Part shown: positions 11,421-20,539 of the stretch, one piece after another
Layout: every line of letters begins with the position of its first letter
Position numbering within the stretch: the stretch's first letter is position 1
NCBI GenBank assembly: GCA_963785725.1
Contig: CAWAWS010000014.1
Span: 352,001-416,000, forward strand
Origin: an uncultured delta proteobacterium
GTDB taxonomy: Bacteria; Myxococcota_A; Polyangia; Palsa-1104
Reading direction: 5' to 3'
DNA: 64,000 nucleotides
The notes under the pieces: model-generated
Told to the model about the DNA's origin: nothing
What the model saw: only the letters and a program-made list of their open reading frames with translations
The model's database searches: none
Made by a program: the position numbers and the translations under genes

Positions 11421-11964
11421 CGTCGTCGTCGAACCACGCCGGATAGCGGGTCGAGAAGGTCAGCTGTAGATCGTCGAGGTCGGCTCTGCGCGCCGTGGCG
11501 TCGTGCTGCTTGCGCCGCTCGGCCAACGCGGCCACGAAGCGGCCGAAGCGCGCGCCCAACTGCGCCTCGAAGAGCGCGCGCAAACGCCCCGCCAGCGACG
11601 GCGACGCGCCACCGGTCGAGATCGCGATGCGCAAGGGGTCGAGGCGCGCGATGGCCGGCATGGCCACGTCCGATTGCGCCGGATCGTCGCTGCACCAGAC
11701 GATCGCATGGCGCGCGCGCGCGGCTTGCGCCACCCGTGCGGCCAACGCCGGCTCGCGCGTGGTCACGAGCACGAGCCGCGCGCCGTCGACGTCGCCGTCG
11801 ACGAACGCATCGGGCGCGACTTGGCGCACGCGCGCGCCCGAATCGACGAGCAGCGCGCGTTTACGCGCCGCATCGTCGTCGCCAGCGTCCGGCGCGCCGA
11901 CGAGCAGCACCGTCGCGCCTTCGACATCGAATGTGAGGGGAAATCCGAGCGACTCGGCGCGCAT
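11413..11964 (-). CDS. Precorrin-2 dehydrogenase/sirohydrochlorin ferrochelatase family (SirC/Met8, CysG N-terminal-like)
   Basis: FPLTFDVEGATVLLVG, DDPAQSDVAMPA, LRIAISTGGASPSLA. Confidence 0.8.
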   Translation of the reverse strand: MRAESLGFPLTFDVEGATVLLVGAPDAGDDDAARKRALLVDSGARVRQVAPDAFVDGDVDGARLVLVTTREPALAARVAQAARARHAIVWCSDDPAQSDVAMPAIARLDPLRIAISTGGASPSLAGRLRALFEAQLGARFGRFVAALAERRKQHDATARRADLDDLQLTFSTRYPAWFDDDAT

Positions 11965-12004
11965 GCTTGCAGTCTACGCGCGCGCCGAGCCTGACGCTGC
12001 TCGC

Positions 12005-12301
12005 TTACGGGACGATGCCGACGCACTCGGTGGCGCAGTTGAACGTCGCCGACGCGCAGCTCTTGTCGCCGAGGCAGCTGTCGCAGTCGTCGGCCTTGGA
12101 CATGTAGTTCGCGTCGCTGTTCGCGTTGTCCTTGCACTTCGTGGTGCAGCTGTCGACGTCGTAGGACTTGTCGTAGCAGTCCGAATAGCGCTGGCAAATG
12201 CCGCTGCAGTCGATCTCGTTCTTGATGTGATCGCAGCCCATCGTCGTCAACGCGCCGGCCATCATCACGCTTGCAGTCACGATCCAGATCTTCTTGAACA
12301 T
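12005..12301 (-). CDS. Small Cys-rich lipoprotein (98 aa)
   Basis: AGGAGA SD, ATG 12301, signal peptide ending TMGC, and 10 further Cys. Confidence 0.85.
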   Translation of the reverse strand: MFKKIWIVTASVMMAGALTTMGCDHIKNEIDCSGICQRYSDCYDKSYDVDSCTTKCKDNANSDANYMSKADDCDSCLGDKSCASATFNCATECVGIVP

Positions 12302-12350
12302 CCCGATTCTCCTGAGTTTAACGTTCGAGTAAGCGACAGCTCGAACGCTA

Positions 12351-12367
12351 AGCAGGCAGCGTGCCAC
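12351..12367 (-). promoter_or_regulatory. Sigma-54 -24/-12 promoter
   Basis: Minus strand GTGGCACGCTGCCTGCT (GG-N10-GC) about 50 nt upstream of ATG 12301. Confidence 0.75.
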
Positions 12368-12463
12368 GCGCTGCGTCAGGAGTTTGCGGCGTCAGCCCGT
12401 GACGATCGGAACGCGGTTCCCGTTCCAGTGGAACTTTGCTTCCACGAGTGGTCCAAAAATGCG

Positions 12464-13360
12464 CTACTGCGTCAGCTTTTGAACGACCGCATCGACGAGC
12501 GACCAATAGTCCTTGATCTCGGCCGTCGCACCGACGTCACTCGGCATGACGAGCGCCTTGGCGCCCGCTTTGTCGGCCACGAGCTCGACGGTATTTCGCG
12601 GGTAGAACGACTCCATCAAGATCAGCTTCACGTTTTCGCGGCGCATGAGCCCGATGAGCTGCGCGATATGCGACGGCGGCGCCGGAATGCCCGGCTTCGG
12701 CTCGACGTAGCCGACCTCCTGTAGGCCGAGCCACTTCGACACGTAGCTCCAGCTCTTGTGGTAGGTGACGATCTTCGTGCCGCGCAAACCGGCGGCGCGC
12801 TTCTCCCAGCCTTGGCGGCGTTGCTGAAGGTCGGCGAGGAACTTGGCCAAGTTGGCGTCGTAGGTCGCTTTGCCGGCCGGATCGAGCTGGTCGAGCCGCT
12901 CGCCGATCTCGCGCGCGACGATGGCGGCGTTGTCGGGCGCGATCCAATAGTGCGGGTTGCCTTGCGGGTGAATGTCGCCGAGCGAGCGATCGACCTTGGT
13001 CGCCGGCACGTCGAGCACCGGAATCTGCGTCGAGGCGTCGAGATTTCCCGGCATGCCGAGCGTGATCTTCTCGTTGCGCGAGCCGAGCACGAGCGGCGGC
13101 AGCCAACCGATCTCCAGCTCGAGCCCGACGTGCACCAGCAGCTCGGCGCGGTTCAGATCGATCACCAGCGACGGCTTGGGCTCGACGAAGTGCGGATCCA
13201 TGTAGCCGTGCGACAGCGCCTTGACCTCGACGCGATCGCCGCCGACCTTGCGCGCCAGATCGGCGAACGTCTCGATCGTCGTCACGACGTGCACTTTGGC
13301 TTGCGCCGACGAAGCGACGACGAAGCTGCCCAAGATCGCCAAGAGGAGTTTGGTTTTCAT
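12464..13360 (-). CDS. Zn/Mn ABC transporter substrate-binding protein (ZnuA/TroA cluster A-I)
   Basis: Signal peptide; MDPHFVEPKPS, DIHPQGNPHYW, YHKSWSY, EPKPGIPAPPSH. Confidence 0.92.
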   Translation of the reverse strand: MKTKLLLAILGSFVVASSAQAKVHVVTTIETFADLARKVGGDRVEVKALSHGYMDPHFVEPKPSLVIDLNRAELLVHVGLELEIGWLPPLVLGSRNEKITLGMPGNLDASTQIPVLDVPATKVDRSLGDIHPQGNPHYWIAPDNAAIVAREIGERLDQLDPAGKATYDANLAKFLADLQQRRQGWEKRAAGLRGTKIVTYHKSWSYVSKWLGLQEVGYVEPKPGIPAPPSHIAQLIGLMRRENVKLILMESFYPRNTVELVADKAGAKALVMPSDVGATAEIKDYWSLVDAVVQKLTQ

Positions 13361-13366
13361 GATCCC

Positions 13367-14752
13367 TTAGAAAGGATGGGCGCCGTGCGCGCCGATGGCC
13401 GCTTCCAATTGTAAAAATGCCGCTTCCGACAGTCGCGGCGAGCGCGGCGTCGGGTCGAGCGGCAAGAAGCGCTGGCCGTAGCGAACCTCGCCGTAGATGC
13501 GGATGCGCGCGAACTCCGACAGCTGCCAGGTCAAGCTGGCGTCGCCGGCGTATTCGCGGTGAATGCTGTCGCCCGACGGCAAGCCCATGATCTCGCCGCG
13601 CAGGCCGACGAACCAGCGCCGATGCGCCTGCACGACGACCTGCGAATAGAGGCCGCCTTCGAGCTGCGGCCGCTTGAAGCCGCCCAACACCAGATCGGGA
13701 ATTTGCCGCAGGAAATACTCGCTCTGCCACGCCACCGACGCGTAGCTGCGCGCTTGATTGACCGGCTTCCACTTGAAGTACAAGTCGGCGCCGTAGAGGT
13801 TGTCGTAATAGTTGTCGTAGGCCGTATTTCCCGACGCCGTCGACGGAACGACGTCGTTGGCGGTCACGCTCTGCGAGGTCTTGCCGTGCGCGTAGTTGAG
13901 CCCGGCGTAGAGCGACATGGTGTCGCTGAGCGGGAAGAACGCGCGCGCCGTGGCGAGATAGGTGAAGTCCCAGCGCTGGCCGCCGCCGAAGGTCTGCAGC
14001 GGCTCGTTCGCCTCGGCCGGATCGACCGAGAACATCGAGTAGGCGAGCACGAGATAGAACGGCAAGTTGGGCACGAGCCAGTTGATCTCGAGGCCGGGCG
14101 AGCGCAGACCGTCGACGCCGAGCAGCTCGGTGTTGAGCAGCGGACGGCGCGTAAAGTCCTGCAAATGGAGATGCTGCGCGTTCTGGCGACCGAGGCCGGC
14201 GCGGAAAATACCGGCTTTGATCTGCAGATTCCACGGCAAGTGCGTGGTCGTGAGGAAGGCCTCTTCCACTTCGATGCCCGACAAATTGGGGATCGTCAGG
14301 AAGATGTCGGCGCGAAAATAGGGATCGACGACGGCTTGCAGCGCCAGCTCGACCTCTTGGATCTTGAAGCCCGTCGATTGCGGATCGTCGCCCGCTTTGA
14401 TCGTGCCTTGGTCGTCGGAGAACCAGCCGGCGGCGAAGTCGACGATGGCGCTGACGTCGGGGTTGAGGCTCTGGAACATGCGGCCGAGCGCCGGGCCGAA
14501 GCCGGCTGACGACTGCGGCGCGCCCGGCGTCGACGGCGAATTGGCGGCGGCAGCGGCGGCCGCGCTCGACGCCGCCTGCTTCTTGGCGGCGGCGGCGGTG
14601 TCGGCTTGCAGCGCGCGGGCGATCTCGGCTTCGTCGACGGCGGACGCGGCGCCGCCGTCGCCGAGCGGCGCGCCGCCGTCGACGGCCGACTGCGCGAACG
14701 CGGGCGCCGCACACGCTGCAACTGCTAGGGCGACTAGGATTTGGCGCGTCAT
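13367..14752 (-). CDS. Predicted outer-membrane beta-barrel protein of the metal-uptake operon
   Basis: ATG 14752 overlaps the permease stop; signal peptide MTRQILVALAVAACAAPAFA; NPDVSAIVDF, QEVELALQAVVDPYF, EVEEAF, NAQHLH; ends IGAHGAHPF. Confidence 0.8.
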   Translation of the reverse strand: MTRQILVALAVAACAAPAFAQSAVDGGAPLGDGGAASAVDEAEIARALQADTAAAAKKQAASSAAAAAAANSPSTPGAPQSSAGFGPALGRMFQSLNPDVSAIVDFAAGWFSDDQGTIKAGDDPQSTGFKIQEVELALQAVVDPYFRADIFLTIPNLSGIEVEEAFLTTTHLPWNLQIKAGIFRAGLGRQNAQHLHLQDFTRRPLLNTELLGVDGLRSPGLEINWLVPNLPFYLVLAYSMFSVDPAEANEPLQTFGGGQRWDFTYLATARAFFPLSDTMSLYAGLNYAHGKTSQSVTANDVVPSTASGNTAYDNYYDNLYGADLYFKWKPVNQARSYASVAWQSEYFLRQIPDLVLGGFKRPQLEGGLYSQVVVQAHRRWFVGLRGEIMGLPSGDSIHREYAGDASLTWQLSEFARIRIYGEVRYGQRFLPLDPTPRSPRLSEAAFLQLEAAIGAHGAHPF

Positions 14753-15609
14753 TGTCCCTTGAGCTTCAAGCGAATGAGGCCCGGCACGAGGAACAGCGCC
14801 GAGACGACCACCATCGAAGCGCCCGTCGGCAGCGACCAGCGGAACGAGGCGTAATAGCCGACGAAGGCCGAGATGACGCCGATGACGACGGAGATGACGA
14901 AGACCGTCCACAGTCGCTCGCCGAGCAAGAGCGCGACCGCCGGCGGGATGACCATGAACGCGAACACGGGCAGGGCGCCGATGGCGCGCGTCGAGACCGA
15001 GATGGCGACGGCGAACGTCAGAAAGAGCAGCAGCGACCAGCCGCGCGTCTTCAGGCCGAGCGTGCGCGCCATCTCCGGGTCGAAGACGGTGAAGACGAAC
15101 TCCTTCGAGAACAGCCCGTGGATGATGGCGACGACGATGGCGGCCGCGGCCATGATCTTCAGCTGCGATTGCGTGGCGACGACGGCGTTGCCGTAGAGCA
15201 GATCGTTCACCTCGTGCGCTTCTTGCGTCACGCGCGGCGAGTTGAGGATGAGGATGACCGACGCGGCGGCGATGAGATAGCCGAGCCCGACGACCGTCTC
15301 GCCGGCCAGCCGCCGCGAGCCCAAATTGAGCGAGAACAGCGCCGCGCCCAACGCTGCGAACGCGGTCGCGTACCACAGCGGATGCAGCCACAAGGGCGCG
15401 GCGTGCGGCTCGACGCCGACGACCGAGCACAAGAAGAACGCCAGCGCGACGCCGACGCCCGACGCCTGCGACATCGCCGCCGAGACGAAGACGACGCGCT
15501 TCAAGACGATGTAGACGCCGACGAAGCTGCACAAGCCGGCGGCGATGATGGCGACGACGACGATGTCGCTCCACAGCTGCCAAGATTCCCAGAAGCCGAC
15601 GTCGCTCAT
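14749..15609 (-). CDS. Zn/Mn ABC transporter permease (ZnuB-like)
   Basis: GVYIVLKRVVFVSAAMSQ, LLYGN, FDPEMARTLG, GALPVFAFMVIPP, LPTGA. Confidence 0.92.
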   Translation of the reverse strand: MSDVGFWESWQLWSDIVVVAIIAAGLCSFVGVYIVLKRVVFVSAAMSQASGVGVALAFFLCSVVGVEPHAAPLWLHPLWYATAFAALGAALFSLNLGSRRLAGETVVGLGYLIAAASVILILNSPRVTQEAHEVNDLLYGNAVVATQSQLKIMAAAAIVVAIIHGLFSKEFVFTVFDPEMARTLGLKTRGWSLLLFLTFAVAISVSTRAIGALPVFAFMVIPPAVALLLGERLWTVFVISVVIGVISAFVGYYASFRWSLPTGASMVVVSALFLVPGLIRLKLKGQ

Positions 15610-15610
15610 T

Positions 15611-16384
15611 TTACAGTTTGTGCTCGGCGGAGTCGTGGCGATGGGCGACGAAGATGACGCTGTGGCCGTCGACGGCGCGCACGACGATGGGCTTTTCGTA
15701 GATCTTCGACAGCCGCTCCGACGTCAAGAGCTCGGCGCGATTGCCGACGACGACCGGGTGACCTTTGCCGGCCATGACCACGAGCTTCTCGACGTGATCG
15801 GAGACGGCGCCGAGCTGATGCGAGATGAGCACGACGGCGATGCCGCGCGTCGTGAACGAGCGCACGAGGTCGAGCATGGCGCGCTCGGACGGCAGATCCA
15901 TGCCGGTCGTCGGCTCGTCGAGCACGAGGATCTCGGGCTCGGCCGCGAGCGCGCGGGCGACGAGCACGCGCTGCCGTTGACCGCCCGACAGCGCGTGAAA
16001 CTGCTGCTCGGCGAGCTCGAGCGCGCCGACGTCGGCGAGCGCGGCGCGCGTGCGCTCGACGTCGTTGGCTTTGGCGCGGCGGCCGAACCCGATGAGGCCG
16101 TAGCGACCCATGAGCGCGACTTCGTAAGCGGTGAGCGGGAAGCTGACGTCGACGCTGGCGCGCTGCGGGACGTAGCCGAAGCGCGGACGGCGCGCGGGAA
16201 ACACGATGTTGCCGGCGAGCGGCGGCAACAGGCCGAGCATCGTGCGAATGAGCGTCGTCTTGCCGCTGCCGTTGGGGCCGACGATGCCGATGGCGTCGCC
16301 GGCGTCGACCTCGAGATCGATGGGCGGCAGCACCGGCTTCTTGTGATAGCCGACGGCGACTTGGCGCAGCTGTAGCAGGCTCAC
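15611..16384 (-). CDS. Zn/Mn ABC transporter ATPase (ZnuC-like)
   Basis: GPNGSGKTT, GYVPQ, LSGGQRQR, LDEPT; His-rich C-terminus. Confidence 0.93.
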   Translation of the reverse strand: MSLLQLRQVAVGYHKKPVLPPIDLEVDAGDAIGIVGPNGSGKTTLIRTMLGLLPPLAGNIVFPARRPRFGYVPQRASVDVSFPLTAYEVALMGRYGLIGFGRRAKANDVERTRAALADVGALELAEQQFHALSGGQRQRVLVARALAAEPEILVLDEPTTGMDLPSERAMLDLVRSFTTRGIAVVLISHQLGAVSDHVEKLVVMAGKGHPVVVGNRAELLTSERLSKIYEKPIVVRAVDGHSVIFVAHRHDSAEHKL

Positions 16385-16394
16385 GAGCGCGTTC

Positions 16395-16823
16395 TCACGT
16401 AGGATTCGCTTCCACCAGCGTCTTGAAGCGCGCCATCGATTGGTGCACCTCGTCGTCGAGCCGCGCCAGCAGCGGACCGGCGATGAGCCGCGCGCCGAGC
16501 CCGCTGAACTCCTCGCGCGACGTCACGCGCGTCAACCCGGGCGCGTGCGTGCCGAAGACGAACGAGTGATTGCCGCGCACGCCCAATTTGCCGCCGACCC
16601 AGCGCACGCGCTCGGCCGGCACCAATTCCTCGACGGTGATGTGGATCGGCAGGTTGGCCGGGCCGGCGCCCATTTGCAGCGTCATGCGCGCGCCCAGCTC
16701 CAGCTCGCCCGAAACCGAGCGCAGGAACGGGAACCAGCGCGGCCAGCGCGTGAGGTCGGCGAAGACGCGCCAGCAACTTTCGGGCGTCGCGGCGACGTCA
16801 ACGGCGTGGTGGACGATCGGCAT
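16395..16823 (-). CDS. SRPBCC/START-family protein
   Basis: [28 protein letters not shown]-terminal helix. Confidence 0.8.
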   Translation of the reverse strand: MPIVHHAVDVAATPESCWRVFADLTRWPRWFPFLRSVSGELELGARMTLQMGAGPANLPIHITVEELVPAERVRWVGGKLGVRGNHSFVFGTHAPGLTRVTSREEFSGLGARLIAGPLLARLDDEVHQSMARFKTLVEANPT

Positions 16824-16876
16824 CGGCGCGGACTCTACCGCACCTCCGATTCCGTGACTATACTGGCGCCTCGCCC

Positions 16877-17992
16877 ATGGCTCGCAAACCGAAAGCGCCC
16901 GCGTCCGCGCCGGCCGACGAAGCTGTCGATGCCGAGCTGGTGGACGGCGACGATCCCGTTGAAGTCGAGCCCAGCGACGACGCCGAGCCCGACGTCGTAG
17001 AGCTGGGCGACCCAGCCGACATTGATGCCGCCGCCGATCTGGCGCTGCCTGAGCTCGACGACGATGACGAGGTCGTGCCGCCGCGCAACGCGCTCGTGCC
17101 GGTCGAGCGTGGCAGTCGCTCGTTGGCGCGGCTCGATCCGCTGCAGCTCTATATCGCCGACATTCGCCGCTACGCTTTGTTGACGCGCGAAGAAGAGCAC
17201 GAGCTGGCGGTGAAGTATCAAGAGACGGGCGACGTCGAAGCGGCGCGGCGGCTGGTGACCTCGAACCTGCGGCTGGTCGTCAAGATCGCGCACGAATATC
17301 GCCGCGCCCATCGCACGCTGCTCGACCTCATCCAAGAGGGCAACGTCGGGCTCGTGCAGGCGGTCAAGAAGTACGATCCCTATCGCGGCGTCAAGCTGTC
17401 GTCGTACGCGGCCTGGTGGATTCGCGCGTACATGCTCAAGCACATCTTGAACAACTGGCGCTTGGTCAAGATCGGAACGACGCAGGCGCAGCGCAAGCTC
17501 TTCTTCAACCTCAAGAAGGAGAAGGACAAGCTGGAGGCGCTGGGGTTCGACGCGTCGTCGAAGGCGCTGGCCGACGTGATGCAAGTGCCGGAGCGCGAAG
17601 TCATCGACATGGAGCGCCGGCTCGGCCAGGGCGAGATGTCGCTCGACGCGCCGCTCGGCAAAGACGACGACTCGGGCCGCTCGCACCTCGACATGCTGGA
17701 ATCGGCGGGTGACACGCGGCCCGACGTGCGCGCCGAAGGCGACGAATTCCGCGCCATGTTGCGCGCGAAGCTGGAAGCGTTCGCGCAGACGCTGCACGGA
17801 CGCGAGCTCACGATCTTCCAAGAGCGGCTGCTCACCGACTCGCCCAAAACGCTGCAGGACATCGGCGAGAGCTACGGCATCAGCCGCGAGCGTGCGCGCC
17901 AGCTGGAGAAGCGGTTGACCGACAAGCTGAAGAAATATTTGCAGGCCGAGCTGGGCGACGCGGTGCAGATCGCCATGGGCCTCGAAGAGTGA
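16877..17992 (+). CDS. RNA polymerase sigma factor, RpoH (sigma-32)-like
   Basis: [29 protein letters not shown], RpoH box [22 protein letters not shown]; acidic N-terminal extension. Confidence 0.92.
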   Translation: MARKPKAPASAPADEAVDAELVDGDDPVEVEPSDDAEPDVVELGDPADIDAAADLALPELDDDDEVVPPRNALVPVERGSRSLARLDPLQLYIADIRRYALLTREEEHELAVKYQETGDVEAARRLVTSNLRLVVKIAHEYRRAHRTLLDLIQEGNVGLVQAVKKYDPYRGVKLSSYAAWWIRAYMLKHILNNWRLVKIGTTQAQRKLFFNLKKEKDKLEALGFDASSKALADVMQVPEREVIDMERRLGQGEMSLDAPLGKDDDSGRSHLDMLESAGDTRPDVRAEGDEFRAMLRAKLEAFAQTLHGRELTIFQERLLTDSPKTLQDIGESYGISRERARQLEKRLTDKLKKYLQAELGDAVQIAMGLEE

Positions 17993-18876
17993 CCGACGCG
18001 GGCAGTCACGAGCCGCCGGACGCGGACGAAAAAGCCGGGCCGACCGGCACGCTTTACGTCGTCGCCACGCCGATCGGCAATCTCGAGGACATGACCTTGC
18101 GCGCGGTGCGGATCCTGCGCGAAGTGTCGGTCATCGCTGCCGAGGACACGCGCTCGGCGCAGCATCTGTTGACGCACTTCGAGATCGCGCGGCCGACGAT
18201 TGTCAGCTTCTTCGAGGGCAACGAAGCCGGTCGCACCGAGCATCTCCTGGCCAAGCTGGGCGCGGGCGAAGACGTCGCCGTCATCTCCGAAGCGGGCACG
18301 CCGGCGGTGTCCGATCCGGGCGCGCGCCTCGTGCAATCGGCGGTGGCGGCGGGCGTGCGCGTCGTGCCGATTCCGGGCGCATCGGCCGTGTTGTCGGCGC
18401 TGGTCGCGTCGGGCTTGCCGACCGACAGCTTCTTGTTCGTCGGCTTTCCCGCGCGCGACGGCGGCCCGCGGCTGCAGTCGTTCGCGCGGCTGCGCGCGCA
18501 AGAGGCGACGCTGGTGTTCTACGAGGCGCCCAACCGCACGGCGGCGACGCTCGCGGATCTGGCGGCGGCGCTGGGCGACGAGCGCCGCGCGTGCGTGGCG
18601 CGCGAGCTGACCAAAGTGCACGAGGAGCTCATTCGCGGCACGCTGCACGACTTGGCGCAGCGGTTCGCCGAGGCGGCGCCGCGCGGCGAGGTCACGATCG
18701 TCGTCGAGGGCGCGCAAGCGGCGACGGAAGAGGCGGCGATCGACGTCGAGGCCGAAGTGCGCCGCCGGCTCGCCAGCGGCGAAGGCGCCAAAGAGATCGC
18801 CGCCGCGCTGGCGCTGGCGACGGGCAAGCCGCGCCGGCAGATCTACCAGCTCGCCGTCGCCCTCAAACGCGATTGA
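17989..18876 (+). CDS. rsmI: 16S rRNA C1402 2'-O-methyltransferase
   Basis: [52 protein letters not shown]. Confidence 0.96.
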   Translation: MTDAGSHEPPDADEKAGPTGTLYVVATPIGNLEDMTLRAVRILREVSVIAAEDTRSAQHLLTHFEIARPTIVSFFEGNEAGRTEHLLAKLGAGEDVAVISEAGTPAVSDPGARLVQSAVAAGVRVVPIPGASAVLSALVASGLPTDSFLFVGFPARDGGPRLQSFARLRAQEATLVFYEAPNRTAATLADLAAALGDERRACVARELTKVHEELIRGTLHDLAQRFAEAAPRGEVTIVVEGAQAATEEAAIDVEAEVRRRLASGEGAKEIAAALALATGKPRRQIYQLAVALKRD

Positions 18877-18877
18877 A

Positions 18878-20263
18878 CTAAAACTGCAGCTGGCCGTAGA
18901 TGTAGAAGTTGTAGATGTTGACGTTGTCGACGAGGTAGCGGCGCCCGACCTGGTCGATCACGGCGCGGTAGGCCGGGTTGAACTCGGGCGCGGTCGTGAC
19001 GCGGCCCGAAGGCGTCGCCGGCACGCCGATGTCTTCGCCGGTGATGAAGTGCGACTGATCGTGCGCGTACTCGAACGACGTGCGCAGCCGAAAATGCTCG
19101 CCGATCTGCGCGCCCAACGCGACGTCGGCACCGAGCGTCGCGTAGCTCTGGATGGTCGTGACGCCCGTAAAGGGCGCGTTTTGGTAGGCGTTCGTCGTCT
19201 GACTGCTGTCGCAGGCCGGGTTGAAGGCGGCGTGCAGCGCATCGCACGCCAGCACCGGCGACGACGCCAGCATCTCCCACGCCTCGGAGTAGCCGCGCCC
19301 CGAGGCGTGTCCTTCGAGCCGCCCACGTAGATCGATGTAGAATTTGTGGCCGAGGCGCGGCTTCTCGTACGGAATCAGCTCCATGCCGAAGCTGGTGCCG
19401 CCTTGCTGCATCGGGTTCTTCGTCTTCTGCGACGGGCCGTAGTCTTTGTAAAGCGAGTCGCCGCGCGCGATCGGATACATGTACCAAAAGCTCATGTAGG
19501 GATCGACGTACTGCCACCGATGCGAGATCGCCGTGCGCGCGTAGAGTCGGTGAACACCTTCGGAGACCGCGTGGTTGTTGCCTGGGTTCGCGCGGTCGAA
19601 GGCCATGATGTTTCCGATGGAAATCTGCGGCTCGAAGGCCAGGGTCCAGGTCGGCTTGGTGTCGTCGCGCTTCTGGCTCACCGGCGCCCAGGTCAAGCCG
19701 AGGTTCAGCGTGTCGAAGGCGTCGAGCCCGCTGCCGCCGTTGGCGCCGCGGGTGACGGTGCGAAAGAGCGTGTTGCCGCTGGTGGCGGCGCCGCCGTGTG
19801 CCGCGTCGTAGCCCGAGGGCCCGACGATGCCGTCGGCCACCGTCGACGAGTTGGAGACGTTGACGCAGTTGGGGCTGGCGTCGGGCGGGTAGCGGCAGCT
19901 CGAGCCGGCGGAGTTGTCGTACGAATAGGTGGCGCTCTCGTCGATCGTGATCGGCAGCTCGACCGACAACATCAGATCTCGATAGAGCCCGATCTCGGCG
20001 CGAAGGGTCAGATCGTCGCGCCGCTGCGCGTACAGCAGATCTTTGAGCTGCGCCACCGACGTCTGCGACGGCGACAGCCCTTCGAATTCGCGTTTGATCT
20101 GCGCGCGCTTCTCGGTGTGGTCGTAGCGAACGCGCAGGCGGAAGTCGAACGGGTTGTCCTCGTCGAAAGAGGACGCGACATCGGTGATGTCGGCGGCCTC
20201 GGCGCGCCCGGGGCAAACGGCGCCAGCGACGACGACGAGCACGAACGCCCACGTCAGTCGCAT
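18878..20263 (-). CDS. Secreted/outer-membrane beta-barrel-like protein
   Basis: Start MRLTWAFVLVVV (TACGGT 6 nt upstream); signal peptide; amphipathic strands; ends YIYGQLQF (beta-signal-like). Confidence 0.7.
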   Translation of the reverse strand: MRLTWAFVLVVVAGAVCPGRAEAADITDVASSFDEDNPFDFRLRVRYDHTEKRAQIKREFEGLSPSQTSVAQLKDLLYAQRRDDLTLRAEIGLYRDLMLSVELPITIDESATYSYDNSAGSSCRYPPDASPNCVNVSNSSTVADGIVGPSGYDAAHGGAATSGNTLFRTVTRGANGGSGLDAFDTLNLGLTWAPVSQKRDDTKPTWTLAFEPQISIGNIMAFDRANPGNNHAVSEGVHRLYARTAISHRWQYVDPYMSFWYMYPIARGDSLYKDYGPSQKTKNPMQQGGTSFGMELIPYEKPRLGHKFYIDLRGRLEGHASGRGYSEAWEMLASSPVLACDALHAAFNPACDSSQTTNAYQNAPFTGVTTIQSYATLGADVALGAQIGEHFRLRTSFEYAHDQSHFITGEDIGVPATPSGRVTTAPEFNPAYRAVIDQVGRRYLVDNVNIYNFYIYGQLQF

Positions 20264-20539
20264 GGCGCCACCGTACTTGCGGCGACGGGCGCGGTCAAGT
20301 TCACCGCTGCCGCTAGCGGGTGTTCGAGCGACGGGCAAATGATGTGTTCGTGTCAGCGGAAATGTAGGAGTGGCCGAGGGTTGACCTGGGGATCTCGTCT
20401 CCATGGCGATGGTGGCGCTCCCACCCGATCGCGCCCGAAGCGGCCCAAAACGACCGCGGACGGTGCGTAACCTCACGTAAAGGTCACACCCGGCGATGGC
20501 GCAAATCTAGCAATGCGCCGTACACGAAGGCAGGGGGTA

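Noticed and set aside
9483..15583. Long N-terminal extensions on aat (9483..11420) and the outer-membrane protein (13367..15583)
   Set aside because: The extensions overlap ppx or the permease; the true starts are 10761 and 14752. The same holds for 2631..4697, 21523..23586 and 39509..41347.
16385..16876. Zur/Fur box for the metal ABC operon
   Set aside because: No AT-rich inverted repeat is recognisable upstream, so metal specificity and regulation remain unassigned.
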